This document shows positions 50,991-62,594 of a stretch of 64,000 nucleotides of DNA, piece after piece (positions within the stretch are counted from its first letter, which is position 1; every line of letters begins with the position of its first letter). Source of the stretch: Lingula anatina. Lineage: Eukaryota; Animalia; Brachiopoda. Made by a program: the position numbers and the translations under genes. The stretch is taken from assembly GCA_051362555.1 (NCBI GenBank), contig CM120648.1:17914587-17978586 (forward strand), given 5' to 3'. The notes beneath the pieces were generated by a model. That model was not told the DNA's origin. It did not search any database and saw only the letters and a program-made list of their open reading frames with translations.

Positions 50991-53367
50991 CTGGGTTACC
51001 ACTAAATATGGAATATTATTTTTTGGCGAGTAAATTTACGACAAAATATTTAATTTCTCTCAAACTACTTTAAATCCAAAGCTGAGGTGTCACTCCATGT
51101 GTAGCCTGGCCCCCGTTTTACAAAAAAACTTAAGTCGGTTTCCCTGACTAAGAGCTTGGTTACCAACATAATTAAGTCGTTACGTTTCACAAAGAATCTA
51201 AAAGGTCGCTTACGTCGTTTTTTTCTTGGCTGCTCGTCGACGATGTCTAGCCTCCTCGGGAGGAGACTTAAGTCGGCAAGCTCAACTAAAACTCGTTAAA
51301 TGAGAGCATAAACAACAAAAATTTTGGAAAGAACATACCTCCTTGAAGATATTGTGTTATAATATCCTTGAATAGCACTGACATTTATGGAATATTGAAA
51401 TAAAAAATAAAATGCCACTTCACCCAGCCGATCGCGTGTTTGTTTATGTTTTTGACCGCTAGACGTCCGTCAGCAGTGTTCCACGACAAGCTAATGTTTA
51501 ACTGTCACTTTGAAGTTGTATCGAAGTTAAACTAATCAATAAAGTTCAAAAACAAACTTTGTTTGTGTTTTGGCTGATTTTTATCTTTGATAAACGATCG
51601 TTCTCGGCCGAAAGAAGCCATGAAACGTCATGTCTCGTGAAACTTTTGAAACTTTACACCTCCTTTTCTTGAAGAGTTTCTCGTGCGCGTCGACTACGGT
51701 AAGCACGCCAAGCTAAGACGTTAGATTCTTTGTGAAACACTCCTAGTTGACTTCAGCGTAGTCGACCTAGCTAGGTCACCTAGCTCGAGCTAGTCGACTA
51801 CGGATTTAAGATTTTTTGTGAAACGGGGGCCAGGTGTGTTACCTAATTACCACACAACTCTCGAAACAATTGATGCATGCAGTTGCATGTTCTGTGGTCA
51901 GAAAAGTGAGGGGTGGTCTTTTCGGCAATTTCTGCCCTTTTATAAAAACGCATGGGTTTGGTCAATCTTTGGAGTGTGTTTAGAGAAGCAACAAAGGGAT
52001 CGCTCTGAAACTTGACAGGTACCTTAGTGAAGATATGGTTCGACAGCTAAGCAACGCAGCTTACTATGGGATTCTTGCTCTCAGAGAAAATGGCCAGAAA
52101 CGGACAGCCATTGCCAGATAATTCAACATTTATCAGGAACCGTTTGTGAAGTCCTCCAAAGAAATGCTGCAACAGGGGCACCTACTCCAATACCTCGACC
52201 AGGGTGTCCGCGTATCACACCAAGAAGACAGGATCGCCTTCTCCTTAGAGGACGCCGTGCTGGTCGTACAAAGACAACCAGTGTCCTCAGAAAAGAGAGG
52301 CAGAATGTCATTCAAACGCCCGTTTCAAGGTCCCTCGTGAACAAGAGATTACTGCAAGCCGGTTATTTTGCACGAAGGCCAGTAGGGAAACCACTGTTAA
52401 CAGCAGGTCATATACAGCGACGTCTGCAATAGGCTGGGGACCACGTGCGTTTGCAGCCAAAACATTGGAATCACGTCGTTTTCAGTGATGAGGCAGATAT
52501 GGATTTTTTAGGGTTGATGGTCGAATCCGTGTCCACCGACGTGTACGAGGGTCATAAAACGATGATTGTGTACTGCCTAGGGTGCAAGCATGGGATGGTA
52601 ACGCCTCTGTTTGGGGAGCATTTCTTGTCGGTGCCCAGAACCAGTTGGTTTTTCTAGGAGGCAACCTCATCCAGGATTCCTACAGAGACATTCTACAGCA
52701 AACAATGCTTCGATTGGTAGGAGTCATCTTCATCTTTGTGTACCAAGACTACTGCGCAACCCCACATCGAGGCCGCAGAATCACTGTTTTTCTTCAAAAC
52801 CAATGGGTTCAGCAACTGCCCTGGCCTGCAAACTCTCCAGATATGAATCCAATTGAAAATCTGTGGGCGGAAGTAACTCAAGGAATTAATAGCTATGGTC
52901 CTCGGCCGGTAAATAGTGATGAACTGCGACAGGCAAATATCACTGCGTGGAATGACATCCCCACCCAAACTCTAAAAAACGTGTCACAGGGTATGCCATG
53001 TAGAATGAGGGCGCTGCAAGCGGCTGCTGGAGGTCATACCCGCAATTACTGACTTTTCATGATTTACTGTAGTGAGTTCTTTGATTGTGTAACATATCAA
53101 TGTCCGGAGGCTATCATTTTCTTTAATATCTTATCTTAAAATTTATACTGACATCAAACTGTTGATATGGTTTTCTGGGGGTGTTCCTTTCTTTTGAATG
53201 GCATCTTATGTCAGTTTTGATATTATTGACCAAAATATCTCTCAGCAGAAGACTGGATGTTATTATCACTCAGTGACATATTTTTCAATGACTCAAGCCA
53301 AAAAAATAATAATCAGCACTCAAAAATAACAATGATAAAAAATATTCCATATTAAGTAGCAACCCTG
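50991..53367 (+). mobile_element. Tc1/mariner (DD34E) transposon copy 3, intronic, with nested MITE
   Basis: TA flanks and TIRs as in the other copies. Fragments WNHVVFSDE and QQLPWPANSPDMNPIENLW..AAAGGHTR. Confidence 0.93.
51109..51830 (-). mobile_element. Harbinger-type MITE (family B) nested in Tc1 copy 3
   Basis: Inverted homologue of 6301-7066. TIRs GCCCCCGTTT.ACAAAAAA / TTTTTTGTGAAACGGGGGC. Inserted at gtagcCAGgtgtgtt, which is uninterrupted in Tc1 copy 1. Confidence 0.9.
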
Positions 53368-53600
53368 TACGTTGAGTTATTACTGTTGATTAAACTTAAG
53401 GGGCCACGTTTAGAAAAGATGATCCGAGTACTAACTGATCCACCTACTAAATATGGCCGACACCACTACAAAAGAGCTGCCGCTGATTCTCTATGGTCTC
53501 CCCGCCTCCACATGCGCCGTTGCTGCAGGGGCCTAGCAATTAAACCTCGGGCCGAGATTAATTTCGTTTATGGTGTAATTCGTTTAATTCCATATTCCAG

Positions 53601-53810
53601 GCGTTCCTTCTTGTCTGGGTCCAGACGGCCTGTTCCCACACCCGCTTCACTGTAACCAGTACATCGCCTGTTATGGCGGCGTTCCCATGGAGACGTTCTT
53701 CTGCCCAGAGAACCAGAACTTCGACTTCAGGGACGGTCATTGTAAGAGGAGAGATAACGTCACCTGCGTCCAGCGTCCGTGGTTGATGCGGGAAGGTCCT
53801 GTACCTGTAG
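53601..53810 (+). CDS. Chitin-binding protein, exon 6 (ChtBD2 domain 4)
   Basis: CLGPDGLFPHPLHCNQYIACYGG..FCPENQNFDFRDGHCKRRDNVTC. Acceptor ttccag, donor G|GTAAGG. Translated by hand, not in the ORF track. Confidence 0.9.
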
Positions 53811-53824
53811 GTAAGGTCAAAACA

Positions 53825-54356
53825 TAGTCTCTGAAGACAGGGGCCGCAGTACTTAGTCTCTGAACACAGGGGCCGCAGTACTTAGTCTCTGAACACAGGG
53901 GCCGCAGTACTTAGTATCTGAACACAGGAGCCGCAGTACTAAGTCTCTGAACACAGGGGCCGCAGTACTTAGTCTCTGAACACAGGAGCCGCAGTACTTA
54001 GTCTCTGAACACAGGGGCCGCAGTACTTAGTCTCTGAACACAGGGGCCGCAGTACTTAGTCTCTGAACACAAGGGCTGCAGTACTTAGTCTCTGAACACA
54101 GGAGCCGCAGTACTTAGTCTCTGAACACAGGGGCTGCAGTACTTAGTCTCTGAACACAGGGGCCGCAGTACTTAGTCTCTGAACACAGGGGCCGCAGTAC
54201 TTAGTCTCTGAACACAGGGGCCGCAGTACTTAGTCTCTGAACACAGGAGCCGCAGTACTTAGTCTCTGAACACAGGGGCCGCAGTACTTAGTCTCTGAAC
54301 ACAGGGGCCGCATTACTTAGTCTCTGAACACAGGGGCCGCAGTACTTAGTATCTGA
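53825..54356. repeat. 29-bp minisatellite, about 18 copies
   Basis: Unit tagtctctgaacacaggggccgcagtact. It starts 14 bp after the exon 6 donor. Confidence 0.95.
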
Positions 54357-54482
54357 CGAAGGGGGAAATGAAGTATTTCTTAATGAGTGGGGACAATGGT
54401 CCATCAATTCAGGCACGCACGTAAATTATATTACAATAAGAACCGAGTCAAACAATTCCCAATTTTTTTTACTTCTTTTCAG

Positions 54483-54656
54483 TGGGTAATGGCAGTTGCA
54501 CGTTTTCTCAGGACGACACCAACTGTGGAGGCTTTGTCCTCCACTGCCTCAACTCCACAGTGAACTTCTCCTGTCCCGGGGAACTGAGGTACGACGAGAA
54601 CACCGCAGAATGCAAGATGGCCGCCGATGTTGACTGTAACGGCAGACCAGAATATA
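54483..54656 (+). CDS. Chitin-binding protein, exon 7 (ChtBD2 domain 5)
   Basis: CTFSQDDTNCGGFVLHC..FSCPGELRYDENTAECKMAADVDC. Phase 1-1. Confidence 0.9.
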
Positions 54657-55749
54657 GTAGGTCAAATCTATATTCAACCTGAGATATTTAGTTCAATGAA
54701 CTGTCACTATGCGGTTGGTATGAAACCAGTTCTGGTGCAGTTTTACATACGTCATCGTTTAGACTCTATAAACAAGTACTATCTGACCACAGGGGGCGCT
54801 GACAGTCTGTCACAGAAATATTGAAAGCGACACAGTGTAAATCATCTCATAGAAATTATAGCTTTTGTATAGTATTCTTGTGGGGCCCTGATTTCAGAGG
54901 GTAAGAAACAGGCCACATCCGGTCAGGGTTAGAACACTTCTTGCTAATCAAATTGCATATCGAGATCATGCATGCCCCCGGTAAATGTCCATGTACATAC
55001 CCAGGTTTGGGGGGGGGGGTGGGCAAAGGGAACGTAATGAAGATTGACGACAGTAATTTATAATTAAGATTATAGTATTGGGTTTTTGTAAATGTATACT
55101 GGACTTATTGTTGCCTTGGTTTTCATGTACTGTACACACGGTTACAGAGGCAAACACGACGGGGGTTAGTGGTGGTGGTGGTGGTGGTGGTGGTGGTGGT
55201 GGGTGTACTACATGTGGGGAGGTGGGGGTGGGGGGCATTATCAAATGTGGAGAAAAGACTGTTGACACCTGAATAAGTAATGAAATATGTATCATAATTG
55301 AACCGTATTATCCAAACAATTTTTTTGAATGGGAAGAGGTCAGAAATTGTAAATATCCCACATTGTTCCTTGAATATTACTTATCACTCGTAATTGAAAA
55401 AAATGAAACTGAAAAAAAATTAAAACGGGTGTTAGAGTAGTCGAAAGTTTAAATGCCTTCAAAACATACATGTAAGAAGCGATAGATTAATTCTTATCGA
55501 AAAAAAGTTGAAATTGTCACTGATGACAACAGAAGGGAGATAGTTTCCAGTTCTCAAATGCAAGCTCTTGGTTTATGTTACCTTTTTCATCGCACGTTAA
55601 ACGCTTATGCTTTGAATAAACACGGGTATGTAAACCTTAAATGTAAGTATTGCTGTTGGAGCAACATAGCACCATTACAGCTGAGAAGGCATATTGCTAC
55701 AGGTGAGATGACACAACACATTCATCACCACCTCTTTTCCTACTTTCAG

Positions 55750-55967
55750 AGGCCATTTGCAATCGTCACAATGGAAACTTTGAGGAACCCACCAACTGCG
55801 GGGAATTCGTCTCTTGCGCGTACAACCGGGTCTTCCGCCACCGTCGATGCCCCGCCAGCCTTAATTTCAATCTGGAACTCAACAGTTGTGATTGGCCATT
55901 TAGAGTCACGTGCGGGGACCGTCCCACAAAAGAACCAAAAGGTGCACTTGTCAAAGACAAAGATTAA
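55750..55967 (+). CDS. Chitin-binding protein, exon 8 (ChtBD2 domain 6, probable stop)
   Basis: CNRHNGNFEEPTNCGEFVSCAYNRVFRHRRCPASLNFNLELNSCDWPFRVTC, then TAA at 55965-55967. A weak donor after 55941 could instead lead to a further short exon. Confidence 0.85.
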
Positions 55968-58731
55968 TTCCTTCGCAATTTTGAAGGTCAACCAGTTCGA
56001 ACGCGCCACGTTGATTATTTAATAATTCTATGACATCGGGTTCTCATTGCCTCTTGTGTTATGATATAAGAATGTTACTTGTTCTCAAGAATTTAAATTT
56101 GATTTCTAGCTACGAGACGCAACTTTTCGACCCTTCCTTGGATGACTTTCCTCCCTCATAACGCCAATACCTTTGAGGAATGGTTGAAAACTATGCCGTA
56201 AAATCAAAAACACCTTTATTCTCCCTAGTTACCTTTTGTTTTCATCATATGTGACTGTTTAAGTTCAACATAATTTACTGATCAAAAGAAAAATAAAGTA
56301 TAAACATGTTTATATGCATACATTTGATCCCATGGTGCAAAGTGCTTGATAAGCTCAGAAGTAATTGATACATTCAAGTTGTTCAAGGAGCGGTTACTGT
56401 CTGTAAGCAGGGTCGGCAACCCAATTTTTTTTGACACGAATAATTTGAGTAGGCATGGCGCCTGAAGCTTTTGATCGGTTATTTTCTTTAAAAACGAATT
56501 TACAGCATTATAATTACACAACAGGTCGGTAGATCAAATAAAAATGCCATTATGTTGGTGTGACTGAATCACAATATTTAAACAGGATTATAACTAAATG
56601 GCCAGTGCATATTAACAGTACAGAGAACGGCACTAGAATCATACTTGAGCGACAAATACATGTGATATTAGAAATATTGGACTTACGTGTTACCTTCTGA
56701 AATTACATGTATATACCATCCGTTTTAGATTCGTTTTAAATTCATCCTCAGAGAGACCCCTGCCTCAGAAAACACAGAACATTTTCATCGTGATTTTATT
56801 GTTGTGGAAGGAAAAACCAGTCAACAGGCCTCCAGCATACTTTAAATGCTTGGAAGTATACTGTGGCAATTAATCATCTGCAAATTAACAAAAGACAAAA
56901 GTTGATATTTTCAATAGCAAAGACAACATTTTGATCACACTGTTGGAAATAAAGACTTTTTATTGCCATAACCAGTTGGTATGGATAGCAACGAGCTACC
57001 TATACACAGGCGTTCTCTTCATAAGGCTGGATACGCTAGCCCTTGCACAGCAAATTTTACAACTACTATTCATTTTAGTATCAGAAGACCTTAAGTGAAC
57101 GGATTATATAATGTTGCAATGTTATATGGTCCAAACATAAGACTTTTGATTCTTACATGTACATGTACCCTAATGCATGAGTGAACCGTGATAACGCTGA
57201 AACACTCGGTGGAAGCTGCCAAAAGTGATTATTGGAATCTATGCGATTTCTAAATGGAGATTTAGTCAGAAATTATTATCAGCAATCCCGAGCGACCCCT
57301 TGCGGTGGACAGCGAGTGAAGAAGACAAGGAATGGGTAGGGGTGTCTAATGCACCTTTTTCTAGAACTCCTCCGGGTGAGCAAGGACCGATGCAGATAAA
57401 AGTGCGTTTCGTGAAACACTCGTGAAACAGCAATTTTCTGTCTGTATAAAACATCCTTACAGGAAAATAATGAGTCACATGTTGATTATTATTTCTGGAT
57501 TGGCACAAACTGCACACGTTTTTGCATATGAATGCGGAAAGAGGGTAGTGCTGACTGTTTTATACGGAAAAGATTGCTACGTGTATCAACCCATGACCTT
57601 GAAGCTCTTTATTCTGGGATGGAAGGAGTTATTTGTTTCGCAAAGCGTACAAAGGCCATGTATATACATTGAAAATCAAGTAGATAAGATCCGCGGAATA
57701 GGAGTCCATATTTACGCACCATGATGATGTTCTTCTTTCAGCGGAAACTGATAATGATCCTGCACTCCTAGAAGGACGTGTACTAGACGATCTCTGAGAG
57801 ACGAAAATAAAGCAATTCTACAGTATTATTTAAATGCCTTTCATAAACTACAATTTATACGGACTACAATAATTTGTTTTGAAAAACTACGCTGAATACA
57901 ATCCTTGCTTAAGGTCATAATGGAGGTCTCCTAAACTTATGGAATCTTATGATCTTATGTCATTAAGTGCCATAACTATTCTACAGTATATCATATTACT
58001 CCTAAAAGATGCCCGTCTTTCAGAATACTTTTTAATTCCCTTTTAAGGATTTACATAAATGTAATATTTCACAACCATATATAGTACGTTTATTAGCCTC
58101 TTAACACTGTTCCTAACGAAATGTCTAGCTCTGCCTTCATTAAAAAAAAAGGAAGACGGCTCTGTCCCTTAAGGCACCACCGCAGTACTTTGCATTCAAA
58201 TAAAATGTGAGCACTTGATTGTACCCTACCATGACATACATGTAAGTTATACATTTCAGGTTCAAGGTTGATATATGATTAACCTATATAAAAATCACCA
58301 AAACATGTTTATCACTCAGAAAACGCTGTGTCATATATTATTATTATTTTTTTTTTTTGCTGGGTTCGCAATTACCACACGTGTTAACACATGCACGTTT
58401 CCGAATTGTCTGGTATCACGCCGTGCTCAGTTCTGAATTGATTACCAGAGCGTGTCAAAGGATATTCTTTTAACTCGTATTGTACCAGGAAGTGTACTGA
58501 GACTTCTGTCTTCTCAGGACTGTGGATATTTGACACACATATGGCCCGTGAAGTTATCCAAATAAAATATATTTTCCTTGAAATACAAACTGTTAATGTG
58601 TCTTTCCTAAACTAAACGGTATTATACACATTTTGTTTAAACATGGTGGATCGAACTGACTACTACTGGTTTAATTCCGAGCTAACAGATACATTCTGAA
58701 GAAAGTAAAAGCACCCAAACTAGGATGATAT

Positions 58732-58964
58732 CTACAAGACTAAAAAGCTTTTTAGCATCATTTTATCAGCAAAATTTGGAAACAGTAACCTTAAAGATAT
58801 GAATATTTTGGATGGTATATCTGTGCTAGTGTATACTTCATATTGTCTAGTAACAGTTGCCTTGGTGATCTCCAGGGCAACAAGTTCTGGTTCTACTGGC
58901 TGTATGGTGTTGTGCCAGTCACTACCAAACATGCCTACGAATGATTTCACCGCTCTCTCCGTCC
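58732..58964 (-). CDS. HSD11B1L: 11-beta-HSD1-like SDR, last coding exon
   Basis: Acceptor cttttcag in phase 1. TERAVKSF..PELVALEITKATVTRQYEVY resembles HSD11B1 TETAMK..EECALEIIKG...RQEEVY. Confidence 0.85.
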
Positions 58965-59335
58965 CTGAAAAGATAAGGTTCAATAAATAAAACGCATCTA
59001 GAAAGACCAAAGAAAACATTTGTTTTTGATACTTGTTTATTATTTTGAAAGAGAGAAAAAGTAAAGAATTAAGGTTTGATTTTGGAACCATCGGAAATGC
59101 CATTAAAACGTCAAGTTGAGATTATACAAATATTTTTTTCCACATTCACATGATTTACATAATGTGCAAAAATCAAAGACACTATGTACATGCCAAATAC
59201 AAATAACAATAATAAACACAATATCACACTTGACTATAAACGATGGCATCGCTATACCTGTACTCACGTGTAGCGCCTACCATACACAAGGTAACAGACA
59301 CCCCAGAGTTATAGAGAGCCAGTTCCTGTACTTAC

Positions 59336-59473
59336 GTGTAGCTCCTACCATACACAAGGTAACAGACACCCCAGAGTTATAGAGAGCCAGTTCCTGCCTG
59401 AGGACGCCAAAGAACCCCTGGAGAGCGTACTTAGTGGCGGTGTACACGGCTGTATATGGAGTGGCAGTAACTC
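59336..59473 (-). CDS. HSD11B1L: 11-beta-HSD1-like SDR, catalytic exon
   Basis: GVTATPYTAVYTATKYALQGFFGVLRQEL..VSVTLCMVG contains the SDR YxxxK motif. Acceptor atttcag, donor C|GTAAGT. Confidence 0.9.
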
Positions 59474-60166
59474 CTGAAATAACAGCGTGGTCTGAATTAG
59501 TACAGATACTGTAGTGACATCTTCAGTCATTAGTACTAAGTGGCGGTGTAAACGGCTGTATATGGTGTGGCGGTTACTCCTGAAATAACAGCGTGGTCTG
59601 AATTAGTACAGATACTGTAGTGACATCTTCAGTCATTAGTACTAAGTGGCGGTGTAAACGGCTGTATATGGTGTGGCGGTTACTCCTGAAATAACAGCGT
59701 GGTCTGAATTAGTACAGATACTGTAGTGACATCTTCAGTCATTAGTACTAAGTGGCGGTGTAAACGGCTGTATATGGTGTGGCGGTTACTCCTAAAATAA
59801 CAGCGTGGTCTGAATTAGTACAGATACTGTAGTGACATCTTCAGTCATTAGTACTAAGTGGCGGTGTAAACGGCTGTATATGGTGTGGCGGTTACTCCTG
59901 AAATAACAGCGTGGTCTGAATTAGTACAGATACTGTAGTGACATCTTCAGTCATTAGTACTAAGTGGCGGTGTAAACGGCTGTATATGGTGTGGCGGTTA
60001 CTCCTGAAATAACAGCGTGGTCTGAATTAGTACAGATACTGTAGTGACATCTTCAGTCATTAGTACTAAGTGGCGGTGTAAACGGCTGTATATGGTGTGG
60101 CGGTTACTCCTGAAATAACAGCGTGGTCTGAATTAGTACAGATACTGAAGTGACATCTTCAGTCAT
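59425..60166. repeat. 106-bp minisatellite containing the acceptor and 5' part of the catalytic exon
   Basis: Extra units start at 59531, 59637, 59743, 59849, 59955 and 60061. Confidence 0.95.
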
Positions 60167-60754
60167 CCAAAGGAAATAGTTCAATTCTTATTATGTTCAT
60201 TGCTATGACATACGCCCACTGGACTATAGGTACCATAAAACTAAAACAACTATAGTCGTGCTATTTTCAAATATATTATTTTATAAATATATTTATATAA
60301 TTATAAATATATATTATATCAGTTCATAACGAGATTGACAGAATTGTAGGAAAATAAAACGATGGAGGTTGAAACACGTGACAGTAAACGTTTGTACATG
60401 TGTGACAGGAATGGAAGACCGGGCTCCCATATGATTAGTACAGGTTAGGGTTAGCGGTGTGACAGGAATGGTAGACCTAGGAATGGAAGTCCAGGGTCCC
60501 ATATGGTTAGTACAGGTTAGGGTTAGTCGGAGTTTGGGGGTTAGTTTATTGGACTGTACAAAGTTGTGGAGAATGGACTACAGTTCCTGTCAAACTGACC
60601 ACTTCTGTCTCGTCTTCAATACAACAGCAACACATTCAACATCTCTGAAACAGTATTCTGCTAGTATATTTTACGGAAATGAACTTTTTTTAAATTCACT
60701 TGTTATTTGAAACTTTTTTGTTTGAAGTGATTGACAAGCAGACGACATACCCAC

Positions 60755-60968
60755 CCGCAGTAGAGGAGACCACAGAAATGTGACCACGACTCTTGGTTAA
60801 CAGAGGTAGTGCATGGGACGCCAGATAAACATATGACCGGATGTTAACGTCCATACTGGTGGTCAGTCTCGTGAAGTTGTCCCCTGTCCCCAGCCACGGC
60901 TGGACGTTAGGGAGTATGGCGTGATTCAAAATCAGTATGTCCAGCCCGCCGAGTTTGTTTTCCGTAAA
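60755..60968 (-). CDS. HSD11B1L: 11-beta-HSD1-like SDR, middle exon
   Basis: FTENKLGGLDILILNHA..MDVNIRSYVYLASHALPLLTKSRGHISVVSSTAG. GGLD.LILNH is characteristic of the HSD11B1 family. Confidence 0.92.
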
Positions 60969-61354
60969 CTTGGATTATAAAAAAAAACAATAACGTTTTT
61001 TTAATATTTAGCCAATCGTTTGTTGCAATTCTAGAGATATTTTGCAGTTGTACACACTTTTAATTCTCACTGTTAATTGACACTGTCCTCACTGTCCGTG
61101 CTTTCGTCAAGGTCACAAAATTCTTCACGCCTGTTTCCATGAATATTATATTATATTTATTAGAAAAAGAATAAGACTGGTTTCTAATTCCACTTTATTC
61201 AGACACCGTCCCGTACATTTGACAATACTGTAATTCACAACGTTCACATTGTTCGGGACCCATATAACCCCTCTACCAATGATGACTGCCGAAATTGATA
61301 ATGCCAGGAATTTAGCTGTGTTCCCGATCTAACGTCCTTCTGTGGAAAATCATT

Positions 61355-61578
61355 GATGTGTGTGTACTGTGCACCTTGATAACCCTACTGTAGCTGTCTC
61401 CTCCATGTTTCCCAGGTCAATGTCTGTGTGTGAGTGTGTGTGTGTGTGTGTACCTTGATAACTCTAGCTGTCTCCTCCATGTCTCCCAGGTCAATGTGTG
61501 TGTGTGTATGTGTGTGTGTGTGTCTGTGTGTATGCTGTGTACCTTGATAACTCTAGCTGTCTCCTCTATGTCTCCCAG

Positions 61579-61621
<43 letters not shown>

Positions 61622-62069
61622 GTGTACCTTGATAACCCTAGCTGTCTCCTCCATGTCTCCCAGGTCAATGTGTGTGTGTGTATGTGTGTGTGTGTGTCTG
61701 TGTGTATGCTGTGTACCTTGATAACTCTAGCTGTCTCCTCTATGTCTTCCAGGTAAATGTGTGTGTGTGTGTGTGTGTATGTGTGTGTATACTGTGTACC
61801 TTGATAACTCAAGCTGTCTCATCTATGTCTTCCAGGTAAATGTGTGTGTGTGTGTACTGTGTACCTTGATAACTCTAGCTGTCTCCTCCTTGTCTCCCAG
61901 GTCAATGTGTATGTGTGTATGTGTGTGTGTGTGTGTGTGTGTACTGTGTACCTTGATAACTCAAGCTGTCTCATCTATGTCTTCCAGGTCAATGTGTGTG
62001 TGTTTGTGTGTGTGTGTGTACTGTGTACCTTGATAACTCAAGCTGTCTCATCTATGTCTTCCAGGTCAA

Positions 62070-62100
<31 letters not shown>

Positions 62101-62227
62101 ATACTGTGTACCTTGATAACTCTAGCTGTCTCCTCCATGTCTCCCAGGTCAATGTGTGTGTGTGTGTGTGTGTGTGTACTGTGTACCTTGATAACTCAAG
62201 CTGTCTCATCTATGTCTTCCAGGTCAA

Positions 62228-62258
<31 letters not shown>

Positions 62259-62465
62259 GTGTATACTGTGTACCTTGATAACTCTAGCTGTCTCCTCCAT
62301 GTCTCCCAGGTCAATGTGTGTGTGTGTGTGTGTGTGTACTGTGTACCTTGATAACTCTAGCTGTCTCCTCCTTAATTTGTCTCCCAGGTCAATGTGTGTG
62401 TGTGTGTGTGTGTGTACTGTGTACCTTGATAACTCTAGCTGTCTCCTCCTTAATTTGTCTCCCAG

Positions 62466-62498
<33 letters not shown>

Positions 62499-62546
62499 CT
62501 GTGTACCTTGATAATCCTAGCTGTCTCTTCCATATATGTCTCCCAG

Positions 62547-62594
<48 letters not shown>

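Noticed and set aside
57225-57724. Possible coding fragments between the convergent genes (also 29485-29829, 31860-32060 and 63555-63860)
   Set aside because: No recognisable domain or consistent splice structure. They may be decayed transposon sequence, but I cannot support a call without a search.
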